From assembly GCA_900553365.1 (NCBI GenBank), contig USDL01000003.1, positions 24,258 to 88,257 on the forward strand: a stretch of 64,000 nt of DNA. Direction: 5' to 3'. The notes below the pieces were generated by a model. It had not been told where the DNA came from. It did not search any database and was given only the letters and a program-made list of their open reading frames with translations. Position 1 is the stretch's first letter; every line of letters begins with the position of its first letter. The position numbers and the translations under genes are program-made. This DNA is from an uncultured Clostridium sp. Its GTDB lineage: Bacteria > Bacillota > Clostridia > TANB77 > CAG-508. Shown in pieces: positions 28,176 through 38,649 of this stretch.

Positions 28176-29522
28176 TTAGGTATATTTGTCTAACATCCAG
28201 CCACCCATGTATACTTGAATTAATGGTACTATAACTACTAAAACTACAAATATTAAAACCAATCCTACAAATATTTGTACTATTTGTGGTAATACTTTTA
28301 TTACTTTTTGTATTATATTGTCTATATCTATTTGCATATAGCTATTTAATTTTTCCATCATTTCAGTTAGGTCTGTTTGCATACCTATTTTTAGCATTTC
28401 TGTTATCATTGGTGTTGATAATCCTGATTTTTCGAATGGTTCTATCCAGCTTTGACCTATTAATATGTTATTTATTGCTGATTCAATTAATGATAACATA
28501 ACTGAATTGTTTGTAATATTTCTACTAGTTTCCAAAGCTTCCTGTATTCTTAATCCATTTTTTAAGTTTAATAATATTGATTGAACTAGTCTTGAAAAAT
28601 CTATTGCATATATTAGCTTACCAAATATAGGCATTGTATATTTAAAATAGTGATATTTATATTTTCCTTGTGGAGTCCTTATATAAGCTATGATTGAAAC
28701 CACTATTGCTGCTATAATTACAACTGGTATATACCATATTTTTGCTACTGCATTTATTAAATTTGAAAACCACAATGTTAATGCAGGCAATTTGGCATCT
28801 GAACCAAAACTCTTAAATACATTTTGAATCATTGGTACTGATATAATTGTTCCTACTACTGCCAAAACCATTAATACTACGAATTGTACCAAGTTTGGTA
28901 TTAATATTTCCCTTAGCTTTTTATTCATTGCTTCTGTATCTTCAAGGTATTTTACTGCTTGCTCTAATGCATTTGTAAGCGAACCTGATAATTCACCTAC
29001 TTTAATCATATTTATGTATATTGGAGGAAATATAGAGCTATAGTACTCCATTGTTGTATACATGTTTTCTCCTGCTTCTACTCCAAGCAATATATCCTCT
29101 ACTATTATTCTAAGTGTTTGGTTTTCTATTGTTTCTATAACTGTTGTTAAAGCATGTATGTTATTAAAATTTGCTTTTTTCAAAAGATAAAAGTTTTCTG
29201 TAAATACCAATATGTCTCTCTTTTTTATAGCTTTATGCTTTTGCATAGTGTCTTTCATTCTTCTAAACCAGTTATCTTTTTTGTTCATACTTTTTTCAAT
29301 TTGTTCTGCTCTAACTTGTTTTAAAACACTATTATTTGCTTCAATGTTTCTTTTTTGCTTATTAATATTTTTATTAGCTTTAACATTAATTGATACCACG
29401 GAAATTGGATACAAGTCATTATTTTTTAACTTCTTCAATAAGGCATATTTATTTGGTGCATCTATTCTGTTTTCTACAACATCTCCTGCCTTTGTTGCGG
29501 CTCTATACTTGTATATAGGCAT
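28176..29522 (-). CDS. pilC: type IV pilus inner-membrane platform protein PilC (GspF family)
   Basis: 448 aa. Polytopic with two T2SSF-type repeats. Last gene of the pilus operon. Confidence 0.85.
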   Translation of the reverse strand: MPIYKYRAATKAGDVVENRIDAPNKYALLKKLKNNDLYPISVVSINVKANKNINKQKRNIEANNSVLKQVRAEQIEKSMNKKDNWFRRMKDTMQKHKAIKKRDILVFTENFYLLKKANFNNIHALTTVIETIENQTLRIIVEDILLGVEAGENMYTTMEYYSSIFPPIYINMIKVGELSGSLTNALEQAVKYLEDTEAMNKKLREILIPNLVQFVVLMVLAVVGTIISVPMIQNVFKSFGSDAKLPALTLWFSNLINAVAKIWYIPVVIIAAIVVSIIAYIRTPQGKYKYHYFKYTMPIFGKLIYAIDFSRLVQSILLNLKNGLRIQEALETSRNITNNSVMLSLIESAINNILIGQSWIEPFEKSGLSTPMITEMLKIGMQTDLTEMMEKLNSYMQIDIDNIIQKVIKVLPQIVQIFVGLVLIFVVLVVIVPLIQVYMGGWMLDKYT

Positions 29523-29550
29523 ATATTTTCCCTCCGTTCTAATGAATACT

Positions 29551-30648
29551 TTATTGCATCATTTTCATTTTCATTTGCATAATTGTTCTATTAAGAATTT
29601 CTATATTTTTTTCTTCTAGTTGTGATTTTGCTTGCTCTAATGTGATTTTATTTTTAACATATAATTCAGCTAGTGAATTTATTAAACTTACATTTCCTTT
29701 TCCTAAACTGCTTTGTATTGCATCTTCTAGTTCAGATACGCTAAATTTTTCTTTTCTTATACATCCAGCTACTACATTATCTACCACCATAACTTCTGGC
29801 AATAGTACCAACTTTCCATCTACTCCTCTTAATAGTCTTTGTGATACTATTAGTTTTAATAATGAAGCTATTAAGTACTTAACTGAGCCTTGGTCTCTTA
29901 TCTCATAGAAGTTTATTATTCTGTCTATTGTTTCTGCACATGATTTAGTATGTAAAGTTCCCAATACTAAATGACCAGATTCTGCCATGTCAATAGCTGC
30001 TTCCATTGTTTCTTTGTCTCTAATCTCTCCTATAATTAGTATATCACAGTCTTCTCTTAACGCATTTTTTACACCGTCTCTATAAGTTATTACGTCTTTA
30101 CCAATTCCAACCTCTTTTTGTACTATTAATGATTTTTGTGAAGTATGTTTAAATTCTATAGGTTTTTCTAGAGAAAGGATTTTTTTGTTTTCATTTTGAT
30201 TTATTTCATTTATTAATGCATTAAGTGTTGTTGTTTTACCAGAGTTTGTTTTTCCTGTTACTAATATTAATCCTTGTGGTTGATACATCATTCTTCTAAC
30301 TACATCTGGAATTCCAAGTTCTGAAAATTGTGGTAATGTATTTTTAATTAATCTAAGTGTTGCAACAGGAATATCATCTGAAGAAGATATATTTCCTCTA
30401 AATCTTACTCCTTCATATTCATAAGAAAAATCTAGTTTTTTAGTTTTACTATATTCTTCATCTTTTTGTATATTTCCTCGTACGAAATAATCGTACATTT
30501 CATCCATATCTTCTGCATCTAATATTTCTTCATCTTCTATTTCATTTAATTCTCTTGCTACTCTAAGCATTGGTCTTTTTCCTGCAACTAAATGTATATC
30601 TGATGCATTTTTTTCTATTGCTTCTTGAAAAATTTTGTTTATATTCAT
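29551..30648 (-). CDS. pilT: type IV pilus retraction ATPase PilT
   Basis: 365 aa. Walker A GKTNSGKTTTL. Asp box. GTLHT His-box. Confidence 0.85.
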   Translation of the reverse strand: MNINKIFQEAIEKNASDIHLVAGKRPMLRVARELNEIEDEEILDAEDMDEMYDYFVRGNIQKDEEYSKTKKLDFSYEYEGVRFRGNISSSDDIPVATLRLIKNTLPQFSELGIPDVVRRMMYQPQGLILVTGKTNSGKTTTLNALINEINQNENKKILSLEKPIEFKHTSQKSLIVQKEVGIGKDVITYRDGVKNALREDCDILIIGEIRDKETMEAAIDMAESGHLVLGTLHTKSCAETIDRIINFYEIRDQGSVKYLIASLLKLIVSQRLLRGVDGKLVLLPEVMVVDNVVAGCIRKEKFSVSELEDAIQSSLGKGNVSLINSLAELYVKNKITLEQAKSQLEEKNIEILNRTIMQMKMKMMQ

Positions 30649-30678
30649 ATTATTCTTCTCCTCATCAGTATTTTAAAC

Positions 30679-32307
30679 TTAATATATTGCTACTTTTTTA
30701 TTCAATTCTTCCAATGTTGTTATACCTTGTAAAACTTTATGTATTCCATCAATTGAAAGTGGAACATATCCTTCTTCTAATGCTGTTTGTCTAATGCTTA
30801 GGCTTGATGCTCCATGTATTATTTGTTCTTTTATTTCATCTGTTATTGTTAAAATTTCAAAAATACCAATTCTTCCCAAATAGCCTGTTTGATTACATTC
30901 TTTACAACCTACTGGTGTATAAGTATATTTATCTGTAAAATCTATTTCTTGATTATATCTTTTTGCAAAATTCTTCATGATTTTCTTTTCTTCTTCTGTA
31001 AATTCCCTTTTTTTAGCACATTTTGGGCATAATCTTCTCACTAATCTTTGTGATATTGATGTTGCTAAGGTACTTGAAATGTCGTAATCAGATATTCCCA
31101 TTTTTCTTAATCTTGTTATAACTTCTAAGCTATCTATTGTGTGGATTGTTGATAAAACATAATGTCCTGTTTGACCAGCTTGCATTGCAATTTCTGCTGT
31201 TTCCTGGTCTCTTATTTCTCCAACAAGAATTATATCAGGGTCTTGTCTTAATACTGTTCTTAATGAATCAGAAAATCTTAGTTTTTCTGAAATTTCTATT
31301 TGGTTTAAACCTGGTATACGAATTTCAACTGGGTCCTCAATAGTTGTTATATTTATATTTGGATTATTTAAGTAATCTATTATACTATATAAAGTTGTTG
31401 TTTTACCTTCACCTGTTGGTGCTGCAATAACTGTTATACTATTTCTTTTGTTAAGTTTTTTTCTAATCTCTTCATCTGTTTGGTTAAATCCAAGTTCTTC
31501 TAAGCCCATAATGCTCATGTTTTTCTTTAGTAATCTTAAAACAAACTTTTCTCCATAAATATTCTTCTGTGAAGACACACGAATGTTGTAATCTGGGTAA
31601 AGTATAATTCTACCATCTTGAGATTCTTGCTTTTCTTGGAACATGTTAGATATAGCTTTTAATCTACCTATTATTTGTCCCTGTTTTTCCTTTTTAATCT
31701 CTGTTGCTTTTATTAATTCACCATCAATTCTATATCTTACTCTAACAGAATCTTCTAATGGTTCTATATGTATATCACTCGCTCTTTTTCTCATTGCAGA
31801 TTTTATAATGCTATCTATTAAAGTGGTTGCATCCTCTCCAGTATCTATATTTTCAGAATCTGTTCCTTCTAGCGAATTCAAAACAGATTTTATGTTTTTC
31901 TCAAAGGTTACATATTTGTCCATTACTAAGCCTTTATTAAGCAATACTAACCTAACAGCTTCAGTAGATGCTTTAGAACTACTATCTGCAAAACATACTT
32001 TTACTCTATCACCTACAATTTCAAAAGGTATTGCTAGATATTTTCTTGCCATATCTAATGATATATATTTTTTAACATCAATTTTTACATCAGCATAAGA
32101 AAACATCACTGCTTTCTCATCAAGAATTTCTCCTAGTATTTGTAATAAGGTGTATTGATCGCATAAATTTAAAATATTGATAATTTCAATTATCTTTTTG
32201 CTTGGGTTTCTTCTCTGATATTCTAATGCCTTATCGATATCAGATTGTGTTAATATTCCTCTTCTTACCAATTCAATTCCAATTGGGCCTCTTCTTTTTG
32301 AATCCAT
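30679..32307 (-). CDS. pilB: type IV pilus assembly ATPase PilB (GspE family)
   Basis: 542 aa. N-terminal T2SSE_N domain. Walker A APTGEGKTTTLYS. Tetracysteine CPKC...CKEC. Confidence 0.9.
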   Translation of the reverse strand: MDSKRRGPIGIELVRRGILTQSDIDKALEYQRRNPSKKIIEIINILNLCDQYTLLQILGEILDEKAVMFSYADVKIDVKKYISLDMARKYLAIPFEIVGDRVKVCFADSSSKASTEAVRLVLLNKGLVMDKYVTFEKNIKSVLNSLEGTDSENIDTGEDATTLIDSIIKSAMRKRASDIHIEPLEDSVRVRYRIDGELIKATEIKKEKQGQIIGRLKAISNMFQEKQESQDGRIILYPDYNIRVSSQKNIYGEKFVLRLLKKNMSIMGLEELGFNQTDEEIRKKLNKRNSITVIAAPTGEGKTTTLYSIIDYLNNPNINITTIEDPVEIRIPGLNQIEISEKLRFSDSLRTVLRQDPDIILVGEIRDQETAEIAMQAGQTGHYVLSTIHTIDSLEVITRLRKMGISDYDISSTLATSISQRLVRRLCPKCAKKREFTEEEKKIMKNFAKRYNQEIDFTDKYTYTPVGCKECNQTGYLGRIGIFEILTITDEIKEQIIHGASSLSIRQTALEEGYVPLSIDGIHKVLQGITTLEELNKKVAIY

Positions 32308-32386
32308 AATCTAGACTCCTTTCGTTTATTTATATAGTTAATTATAATACATTTCTTTAAATTTTAAAATATATTTTTACATATTA

Positions 32387-32890
32387 CTATAAACTTCCAT
32401 TTTCGAATATTTCTATCAAGTCGCTTTCATTAGCCTTTTTTAATTTTGAAACACTCTTTTCATAAGTTTTATCTCCTACAGTTTTTTGCATCTTTATGTG
32501 TATAATTTTAACCAAATCAAGTTGTACTTCACTGTTCTCAGGAATATAGTTATCTACATTTATTTGTATTTTATACGGAGTTGTTAGGTTTTCTAATGAT
32601 GAACCTGCACTAAAATATTCTGAATCTTTTGCATTTACATAGTTAATTAAATTTGCTTCTGTTACATCCTTAAAGTCTGCCTGCTGAACATATTCTAATA
32701 TTTCAGTAACAACATCTAAGTACATACTATTTAATTTAATCTTTGTTTTTTCTGAAAAAATATTAATTGTTATTGAGGTTACAATTCCAGCAAAAAGAAG
32801 TATTATTAATATTGCTACAATGGCATCTGCCACAATAATTCCTTTTTTTTCTTTAAATATGTTTATTTTAGCCATATATTCCTTTCTCAA
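32387..32890 (-). CDS. minor pilin-like protein (prepilin-type N-terminus with Asp at +5)
   Basis: N-terminus KEKKG-IIVADAIVAILIILLFAGIV, then a globular domain. It sits between pilD and pilB. Confidence 0.45.
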   Translation of the reverse strand: MRKEYMAKINIFKEKKGIIVADAIVAILIILLFAGIVTSITINIFSEKTKIKLNSMYLDVVTEILEYVQQADFKDVTEANLINYVNAKDSEYFSAGSSLENLTTPYKIQINVDNYIPENSEVQLDLVKIIHIKMQKTVGDKTYEKSVSKLKKANESDLIEIFENGSL

Positions 32891-32927
32891 AATGGTTAAA
32901 CATTTTGTATTTTACTAATTTAGAATT

Positions 32928-33545
32928 TTAGAAAATTATAGTTGCCATTTCTACTATACCCAAAATTGTAAATAATACAAATGACATTATTTTTAGTTTT
33001 TCATTTGTTTCTTTTCTATTATTAAAAATTGTCATTAACGTTAGAGTTACTAAGTATATAATATATCTATATATACTAGTATCCAATATGTATAGATATA
33101 TCATATAGCATGCTTCAGCTAAAATACCAAAATTGAATACTGATTGTTGTATTTTTTTATATTCTTTAAAAATTCCAATAATTATAAAAACTGTACTTAA
33201 AAATAGAACTCCGAAAATTAGTGTTGCAATTTTTGAGTAATTTATATTTAGTAAATCTATTTTAAGTAAAATAGCAAATAAAAGAAACACAAGTCCAGAT
33301 GAAACTTCTAATATAAGATACCTTGGTCTTATTTTTTCTTTGCAGTATCTGCATTTTCCACCTAAAAATATATAACTTAATATTGGAATTAAATCCAAGA
33401 AATTTAATTTATGATTACACTTTGGGCAATATGATCTGGTATGCGTAATGTCTTGTTTTAAAGGAATTCTATATACTGCTAAAGTATAAAAACTGCCTAA
33501 AACTGCCCCCATTGTAAACATAAAGAAATAAATAATAGCGTTCAA
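32928..33545 (-). CDS. pilD: prepilin peptidase-like protein (A24 family; short, the second catalytic-Asp motif is not recognisable by eye)
   Basis: N-terminus GSFYTLAVYRIP...SYCPKCNHKLNFLDLIPILSYIFLGGKCRYCKEKI is the PilD N-terminal Cys-box domain. Polytopic C-terminus. 205 aa. No GxGDxK-like motif seen. Confidence 0.6.
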   Translation of the reverse strand: MNAIIYFFMFTMGAVLGSFYTLAVYRIPLKQDITHTRSYCPKCNHKLNFLDLIPILSYIFLGGKCRYCKEKIRPRYLILEVSSGLVFLLFAILLKIDLLNINYSKIATLIFGVLFLSTVFIIIGIFKEYKKIQQSVFNFGILAEACYMIYLYILDTSIYRYIIYLVTLTLMTIFNNRKETNEKLKIMSFVLFTILGIVEMATIIF

Positions 33546-33626
33546 TTTTGTTCACCCTTTTTATAGAATTAGGCATATACATATTTTATGCATATGCCTA
33601 TAAATACAATTCTAATTCATCTTAAA

Positions 33627-33878
33627 TTAAGGAGTAATTCCTGCATTTAACATGTAGTTTCCTACAGATGCTGTATTATTGCTGATTATATTTTCAGATC
33701 CAACATTTTTTAATTTATCATCAGCTCCTTCGTATGCTTTTCCAGCTTTTTCAGCATTTCCAATTAAGTCAGAGTTTACAACAACTGCTACTGTAACTGC
33801 AACTAATATTAACATAACAACTATTGTTATAATTAATGCAACTAAAGTAATACCTTTTTGATTTTTCATAAATTTCAC
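33627..33878 (-). CDS. pilA: type IV pilin (83 aa) lacking Glu5
   Basis: Translation begins MKFMKNQKG-ITLVALIITIVVMLILVAVTVAVVVN..., a class III signal peptide with G-1. Position +5 is Ala. GGGAGGTG SD. Confidence 0.65.
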   Translation of the reverse strand: MKFMKNQKGITLVALIITIVVMLILVAVTVAVVVNSDLIGNAEKAGKAYEGADDKLKNVGSENIISNNTASVGNYMLNAGITP

Positions 33879-33936
33879 CTCCCTTTTATCTTGTCTTTTG
33901 TATATATTTAATTTAATAAATATTACCTAAAATTAA

Positions 33937-34332
33937 TTATTTAACAGTATTTAATAATTTACCCTCATTTCCTGTTCCTTGTGAATTTCCTGAAGAATTT
34001 GTATTGCTGCTTGAATTATTACTGCTACTTGGATCTTCTGCTGATTTTGAGAATGGATTAATTTTTCCTTCTTCATAAATCTTTTTTCTTCTATCTAGTG
34101 CTAAATCATCATCATCAACTCTATATGTTTCAATTATGTTTTGTGTTTCTTGAGCTTTTATTGTTTCATTTAACTCTTTTTCAATATCAGCTGATAATGT
34201 GTATTCTGCTACTGCCGTTGGTACTTGTTTAGAGTTTGGTGTATATTCGTAAAACATTATACCTAGTATCAGCAATATAGCAACAATTAATAGTATTATT
34301 ATCAAAATTTCTTTAATTACTGATTTTACCAT
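33937..34332 (-). CDS. hypothetical membrane protein in the pilus operon (131 aa, Ser/Asn-rich tail)
   Basis: N-terminal TM ILIIILLIVAILLILGIMF. The position suggests a pilus-assembly accessory role. Confidence 0.35.
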   Translation of the reverse strand: MVKSVIKEILIIILLIVAILLILGIMFYEYTPNSKQVPTAVAEYTLSADIEKELNETIKAQETQNIIETYRVDDDDLALDRRKKIYEEGKINPFSKSAEDPSSSNNSSSNTNSSGNSQGTGNEGKLLNTVK

Positions 34333-34345
34333 TTTGGAACTCTCC

Positions 34346-35023
34346 TTAATCGAATTTTATTCCTACTCCCTCTATTTTAAAAGTTGCTTTTAATCTATCA
34401 GTATTTGTATTTGTTGTTGTTTGAGTAGTATTATTCCCTGTGTTATTGTTTTGTTCATTATCTGTTGTTTTAGTTGAATTTGTATCTAATACTTTTGGTA
34501 TTAGTTTAAAGTTTAGTATTTTAAATCCTAATGTATCATCTTTTTCAATGTCATAAATAAAATCTGTTATATTTACATATTCACCCTCTGCTGTAACTTC
34601 TAAATCATATTTTCCGCTTATTGTTGAATCTACTACGTCTACTTTTAAATTTATATTTTCAGCTTTAGCATACTTTCCTAGTGCTATCCATAGTCTTTCA
34701 ATTTTGTATTCTTTTGTAGGTATAATGCCTAATTCAACATTTTCTTCAATATATTTAGCTTTTGCTTCATAGTTTGCTTTTGTTTTTTTCAAATTATTCA
34801 TTGATTCTTCTAATTTTCTTATGCTCTCTGGATAATCTTGTTGTTTTATTTGAGTTGCATTTGCAATAGTTATATCAAGTGTACCACTTAAATCCTTTAC
34901 ATCTTGAATATTTTTGCTTTTCCATTCAAAACTTGCGGTCTTAAGTTGAACATTTTTTATTGCTAAAATATACATTAATACAACCAGTAGCACTAGTAAA
35001 ACGGATATAAGAAACTTTTTCAT
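34346..35023 (-). CDS. pilO: PilO-like pilus assembly protein
   Basis: N-terminal TM, coiled coil, then an alpha/beta domain. The position after pilMN suggests PilO. Confidence 0.5.
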   Translation of the reverse strand: MKKFLISVLLVLLVVLMYILAIKNVQLKTASFEWKSKNIQDVKDLSGTLDITIANATQIKQQDYPESIRKLEESMNNLKKTKANYEAKAKYIEENVELGIIPTKEYKIERLWIALGKYAKAENINLKVDVVDSTISGKYDLEVTAEGEYVNITDFIYDIEKDDTLGFKILNFKLIPKVLDTNSTKTTDNEQNNNTGNNTTQTTTNTNTDRLKATFKIEGVGIKFD

Positions 35024-35044
35024 GTTTTCTCCTTTACTTTTCTA

Positions 35045-36685
35045 TTAATAAGGTAATTGTCCTGTTATTGTTACTCCTATTAGGTTGTCTTGTTTAACGC
35101 CTTTTGTTGTTGTAATATTTGTTAAAATTCCTTCCTCTTCTAGAGTTGCTTTAAAGTACCCTAACTGGTCATATTTTTCTGCTTGTGCTGTTATTGTTAC
35201 ATTTTTGCCTGTTGCATTTTCTATTGACAATAGTTGTACTCCAGTTGGAATTTTGTTCATAATTCTGTTCAATAAGTTTGGAATTGCATTCTTACTTGAA
35301 TATTCTTCGCTTATTCTTTCATTTTGCTCATTTATTTTATCTATCATACTTTGATATGAAGATGTTCTTGTATTAATCATTGAAGTATATTGACCAATTT
35401 TTTCTATCTGTTGTTTGCTTTCGCTTATTGTTGTTTGAGCTTCTTCAATTTTATTGTTGATTTGTTTTGAAATAACTTCTGTTGTTGCTGTGTAAAAGAT
35501 TATTGCAAGTAGCATTGTTGTTACAGCTCTTAGTAAAACTTTATCTGTAAAATCTAATTCAGCATTCATTATTTCTTTGAAAGTTGCTTTAGGTTTCTTA
35601 GGTTTTTGGCTTAATATCTTGCTTTTACCTTTTCCAACATCGCTTGTAAGTAATGCCCAAATCTGTTGTCTTCTCTTAGCTTTATCGCTAAAGTTTGTAT
35701 CTTGATTTTTTGTATCTAGACCTTGTAGAGCTAATGCAATTGCTGAGTTTACTTCAATATAGTCTTTAATATTTATTTTTATATTAGTTTTTTCAACAAA
35801 ATATGGTACTAGTATTTCACATTTTTTATTAATAAAGCTCTCTTGGAAAAGTAAATCAATATTATTTATTATAAGTCCCATACCAGTTAAATATATGCTA
35901 TTAATTTCTAATCCGCTGTTTGTAATGTTTTCTTTTACTTTTTCTATGATTTCAACTAGTGTAGTTATTATTTCGTCTAAGTATTCATTACCTTCTATTT
36001 TTAGATTTTGACCTGATTTTGTATAAACTGTTGTGTTTTTGCAAATTTCATAAGCTCTTTGTATTGAATTTTCTTTTTCAGCAATAGATTTTAAAATTTC
36101 TGCCATTCCTTCTTCAATTTTGTCTATTTTATATATTTTGCCATTTATTATTGTTGTAATTTCAGTTTGTTCTTCTAAGTTTACTACCACGCAATTATCT
36201 TGTAAAACTGCTCTATTTAAAACTGGTATTATTGTTGATATTGGTGATATATTTTGTACTCTATATTTATCTAAAAGTTGTAATCTTTCTACTATGTTTG
36301 CTTTATCAATATATGTGTAAACAACTCTAATTTTATCTCTATCTTCTAAATTGTCTGCCTTTAATCTTCTAAATTCAATAGTATTTTTGTTTTTATTGTT
36401 ATTGTTGCAGAAAAATTCAAATTCTGTTTCAATTGCTTTTTCCATGTCATTTGGTTTTAGTAAATTAAATACATTCGAATATGCATAATGTTCTTTTTCT
36501 ATGTTAACGCTTATTGGTATTTGAAAACTAAATGTTTCTTTTATTATTTGTTCTATGGTTTCTTCTATATTTAAATCAAAGAACTTAACGCCATAAGCTT
36601 CAACTTTAAATTCGTTATGTTCTTTAGAAATTTTAGCATATTTTATTAAATTATTCTGAATATACATTCCTAAACAACTTGGCAT
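35045..36685 (-). CDS. pilM: PilM-PilN fusion (actin-like ATPase domain, then TM and periplasmic domain)
   Basis: 546 aa. N-terminal half has the PilM/FtsA-like fold. Mid-protein TM LLRAVTTMLLAIIFYTATT followed by a coiled coil. AAGGAG SD. First gene of the operon. Confidence 0.65.
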   Translation of the reverse strand: MPSCLGMYIQNNLIKYAKISKEHNEFKVEAYGVKFFDLNIEETIEQIIKETFSFQIPISVNIEKEHYAYSNVFNLLKPNDMEKAIETEFEFFCNNNNKNKNTIEFRRLKADNLEDRDKIRVVYTYIDKANIVERLQLLDKYRVQNISPISTIIPVLNRAVLQDNCVVVNLEEQTEITTIINGKIYKIDKIEEGMAEILKSIAEKENSIQRAYEICKNTTVYTKSGQNLKIEGNEYLDEIITTLVEIIEKVKENITNSGLEINSIYLTGMGLIINNIDLLFQESFINKKCEILVPYFVEKTNIKINIKDYIEVNSAIALALQGLDTKNQDTNFSDKAKRRQQIWALLTSDVGKGKSKILSQKPKKPKATFKEIMNAELDFTDKVLLRAVTTMLLAIIFYTATTEVISKQINNKIEEAQTTISESKQQIEKIGQYTSMINTRTSSYQSMIDKINEQNERISEEYSSKNAIPNLLNRIMNKIPTGVQLLSIENATGKNVTITAQAEKYDQLGYFKATLEEEGILTNITTTKGVKQDNLIGVTITGQLPY

Positions 36686-36722
36686 TTTTTATCTCCTTAG
36701 TTTTAACGTTTTCTTTAACTCT

Positions 36723-36750
36723 ATTTTAAACTATTTTTTTGCATAGTCAA
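36723..36750 (-). promoter_or_regulatory. putative sigma-A promoter of the type IV pilus operon
   Basis: On the minus strand: TTGACT, 16-nt spacer, TAAAAT. About 30 nt upstream of the pilM ATG. Confidence 0.4.
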
Positions 36751-36888
36751 TACTTTTGTCGAAAATGTAATATAATTGTAATATTTTTGCAACATTTCTG
36801 TTTTTTATTAAATTTATGTATTTTTTTGTTACATTTGTAAACACTATTCTTATTAATTTAACTATTAAAATGGAGGTATTATTTTGTT

Positions 36889-37101
36889 ATGAGCACAGAA
36901 AAGCATTTGAAATTAACTGGTTCTTCAGAGGTTTCTTGGAAAGATGCTATTGTAAAAACAATTCAAGAAGCCTCAAATACAATAGATTATTTAACTGGAA
37001 TTACAATTTTAGAGCAAAAAGCAAAGATTGATGGTAATAAAATTATTAAGTATTACGCAACTATGGATTTAACTTTTAATGTTGATAATAACAGGGGGTG
37101 A
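36889..37101 (+). CDS. dodecin-family protein (70 aa)
   Basis: LKLTGSSEVSWKDAIVKTIQEASNTIDYLTGITILEQKAKIDGNKIIKYYATMDLTFNV matches the dodecin pattern (GSS...eDAi...As.t..nl.wfEv...G......Y.v.l...F). GGAGGT SD. Confidence 0.65.
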   Translation: MSTEKHLKLTGSSEVSWKDAIVKTIQEASNTIDYLTGITILEQKAKIDGNKIIKYYATMDLTFNVDNNRG

Positions 37102-37106
37102 TTTTT

Positions 37107-37556
37107 ATGAAGCCTATTAATACAAATAAAGAATATCAAGAATATGTAAAGCAAAAGTCTCCTAATTCTCCTATCTTTAAAAATTGCTTCAACAGTTTTT
37201 GGGTTGGTGGCTTAATATGTGCACTTGGTCAAATTATAATGGAGATTTGTAAATATAGAGGTTTAGATATTGAAATGAGTGGAACTGTTGTTTCGATTTC
37301 ATTAATATTTTTAAGTGCATTTTTAACCTCTCTTAATATATTTAATAAAATAGGAAAATTTGCTGGAGCTGGTTCACTTGTTCCTATTACTGGTTTTGCT
37401 AATTCTATCGTTTCTCCTTCTATTGAATATAAGTCTGAAGGTTACGTTATGGGAGTTGGAGCAAAAATGTTTACAGTAGCAGGTCCAGTACTTGTTTATG
37501 GTATATCAACATCTATTCTAGTTGGAATTTGCTACTTAATTTTTACAGGTGTTTAA
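37107..37556 (+). CDS. spoVAC: stage V sporulation protein AC
   Basis: Polytopic. GAGSLVPITGFANSIVSP...VAGPVLVYG are conserved SpoVAC blocks. GGGGGTGA SD. Confidence 0.85.
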   Translation: MKPINTNKEYQEYVKQKSPNSPIFKNCFNSFWVGGLICALGQIIMEICKYRGLDIEMSGTVVSISLIFLSAFLTSLNIFNKIGKFAGAGSLVPITGFANSIVSPSIEYKSEGYVMGVGAKMFTVAGPVLVYGISTSILVGICYLIFTGV

Positions 37557-37583
37557 TATTATTTTTGAAAGGAACGTGATAAA

Positions 37584-38594
37584 ATGAAAAGATTAGGAAG
37601 CCAAACAATTAAGTTTGATAATCCAATTACAATATTAGAAACAGCTTCCATTGTTGGTCCCAAAGAAGCACAAGGGCCAATGGCAGATTATTTTGATAAA
37701 TGCTTAGAGGATGAATTCTGGGAAGAAAAAACTTGGGAAAAGGCTGAAAGCAAGATTATAAAAGAAACTGTTAATATGAATATAATGAAGGCAGGTGTAT
37801 CTTCAACAGATATTAATTATTGTTTTGCGGGAGATTTATTAAATCAATGTATTTCTTCAAGTTTTGGTTTAAGGGAACTGGGAATTCCTCTTTATGGTAT
37901 ATTTGGTGCTTGTTCAACATTTGTTGAGGGAATGCAACTTTCATCTGTTTTCATAGATGGTGGTGCAGCTGATAAATGTATAGCTTCCGCTTCTAGCCAC
38001 TTTTGTAGTGCCGAAAAGCAATTTAGATTTCCATTAGAACTTGGAAATCAAAGGCCTCCAACTTCTCAATGGACAGTTACGGGTGCAGGCTCTGCGATTT
38101 TATCAAAATGTGGTAATGGACCTTATGTTACTTATATTACCACTGGTAAAGTAATTGATATGGGAATAAAAGATGCCAATAATATGGGAGCAGCAATGGC
38201 ACCTGCTGCATTAGATACGCTTGTTGCTCATTTTAAAGATACTGGCAGAAAGCCTAGTTATTATGACGCTATTTTAACTGGAGATTTAGGATATATTGGA
38301 AAAGAAATATTATCAGAAATGGCTATGACAAAAGGATATAATATCAAGGCAAACTATAATGACTGTGGTGTTTTAATGTTTGATAAAGAAGCTCAAGATA
38401 CTCATTCTGGTGGTAGTGGTTGTGCATGCTGTGCTACAATTTTTTCTGGATATTTATTCAATAAATTAAAGCAAAAGGATTTGAAAAAAATTCTTCTTAT
38501 TGCAACAGGAGCTTTAACAAACTCTACTAGTAATCAACAAGGAGAAAGTATACCTGGAATTGCACATGCGATTGCGATTGAAAGTGAAATATAA
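37584..38594 (+). CDS. spoVAD: stage V sporulation protein AD
   Basis: 336 aa thiolase-like fold. GACSTFVEGM...DCGVLMFD...GGSGCACCA. Confidence 0.9.
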   Translation: MKRLGSQTIKFDNPITILETASIVGPKEAQGPMADYFDKCLEDEFWEEKTWEKAESKIIKETVNMNIMKAGVSSTDINYCFAGDLLNQCISSSFGLRELGIPLYGIFGACSTFVEGMQLSSVFIDGGAADKCIASASSHFCSAEKQFRFPLELGNQRPPTSQWTVTGAGSAILSKCGNGPYVTYITTGKVIDMGIKDANNMGAAMAPAALDTLVAHFKDTGRKPSYYDAILTGDLGYIGKEILSEMAMTKGYNIKANYNDCGVLMFDKEAQDTHSGGSGCACCATIFSGYLFNKLKQKDLKKILLIATGALTNSTSNQQGESIPGIAHAIAIESEI

Positions 38595-38649
38595 TTGTTT
38601 AAAAGCTATTCTTTATGCTTATAGGCAATTAGATTAGAAAGGAGTAAAA

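Noticed and set aside
36816-37031. 71-aa ORF overlapping the dodecin gene in another frame
   Set aside because: The dodecin frame has an SD and a family-specific sequence. This frame does not.
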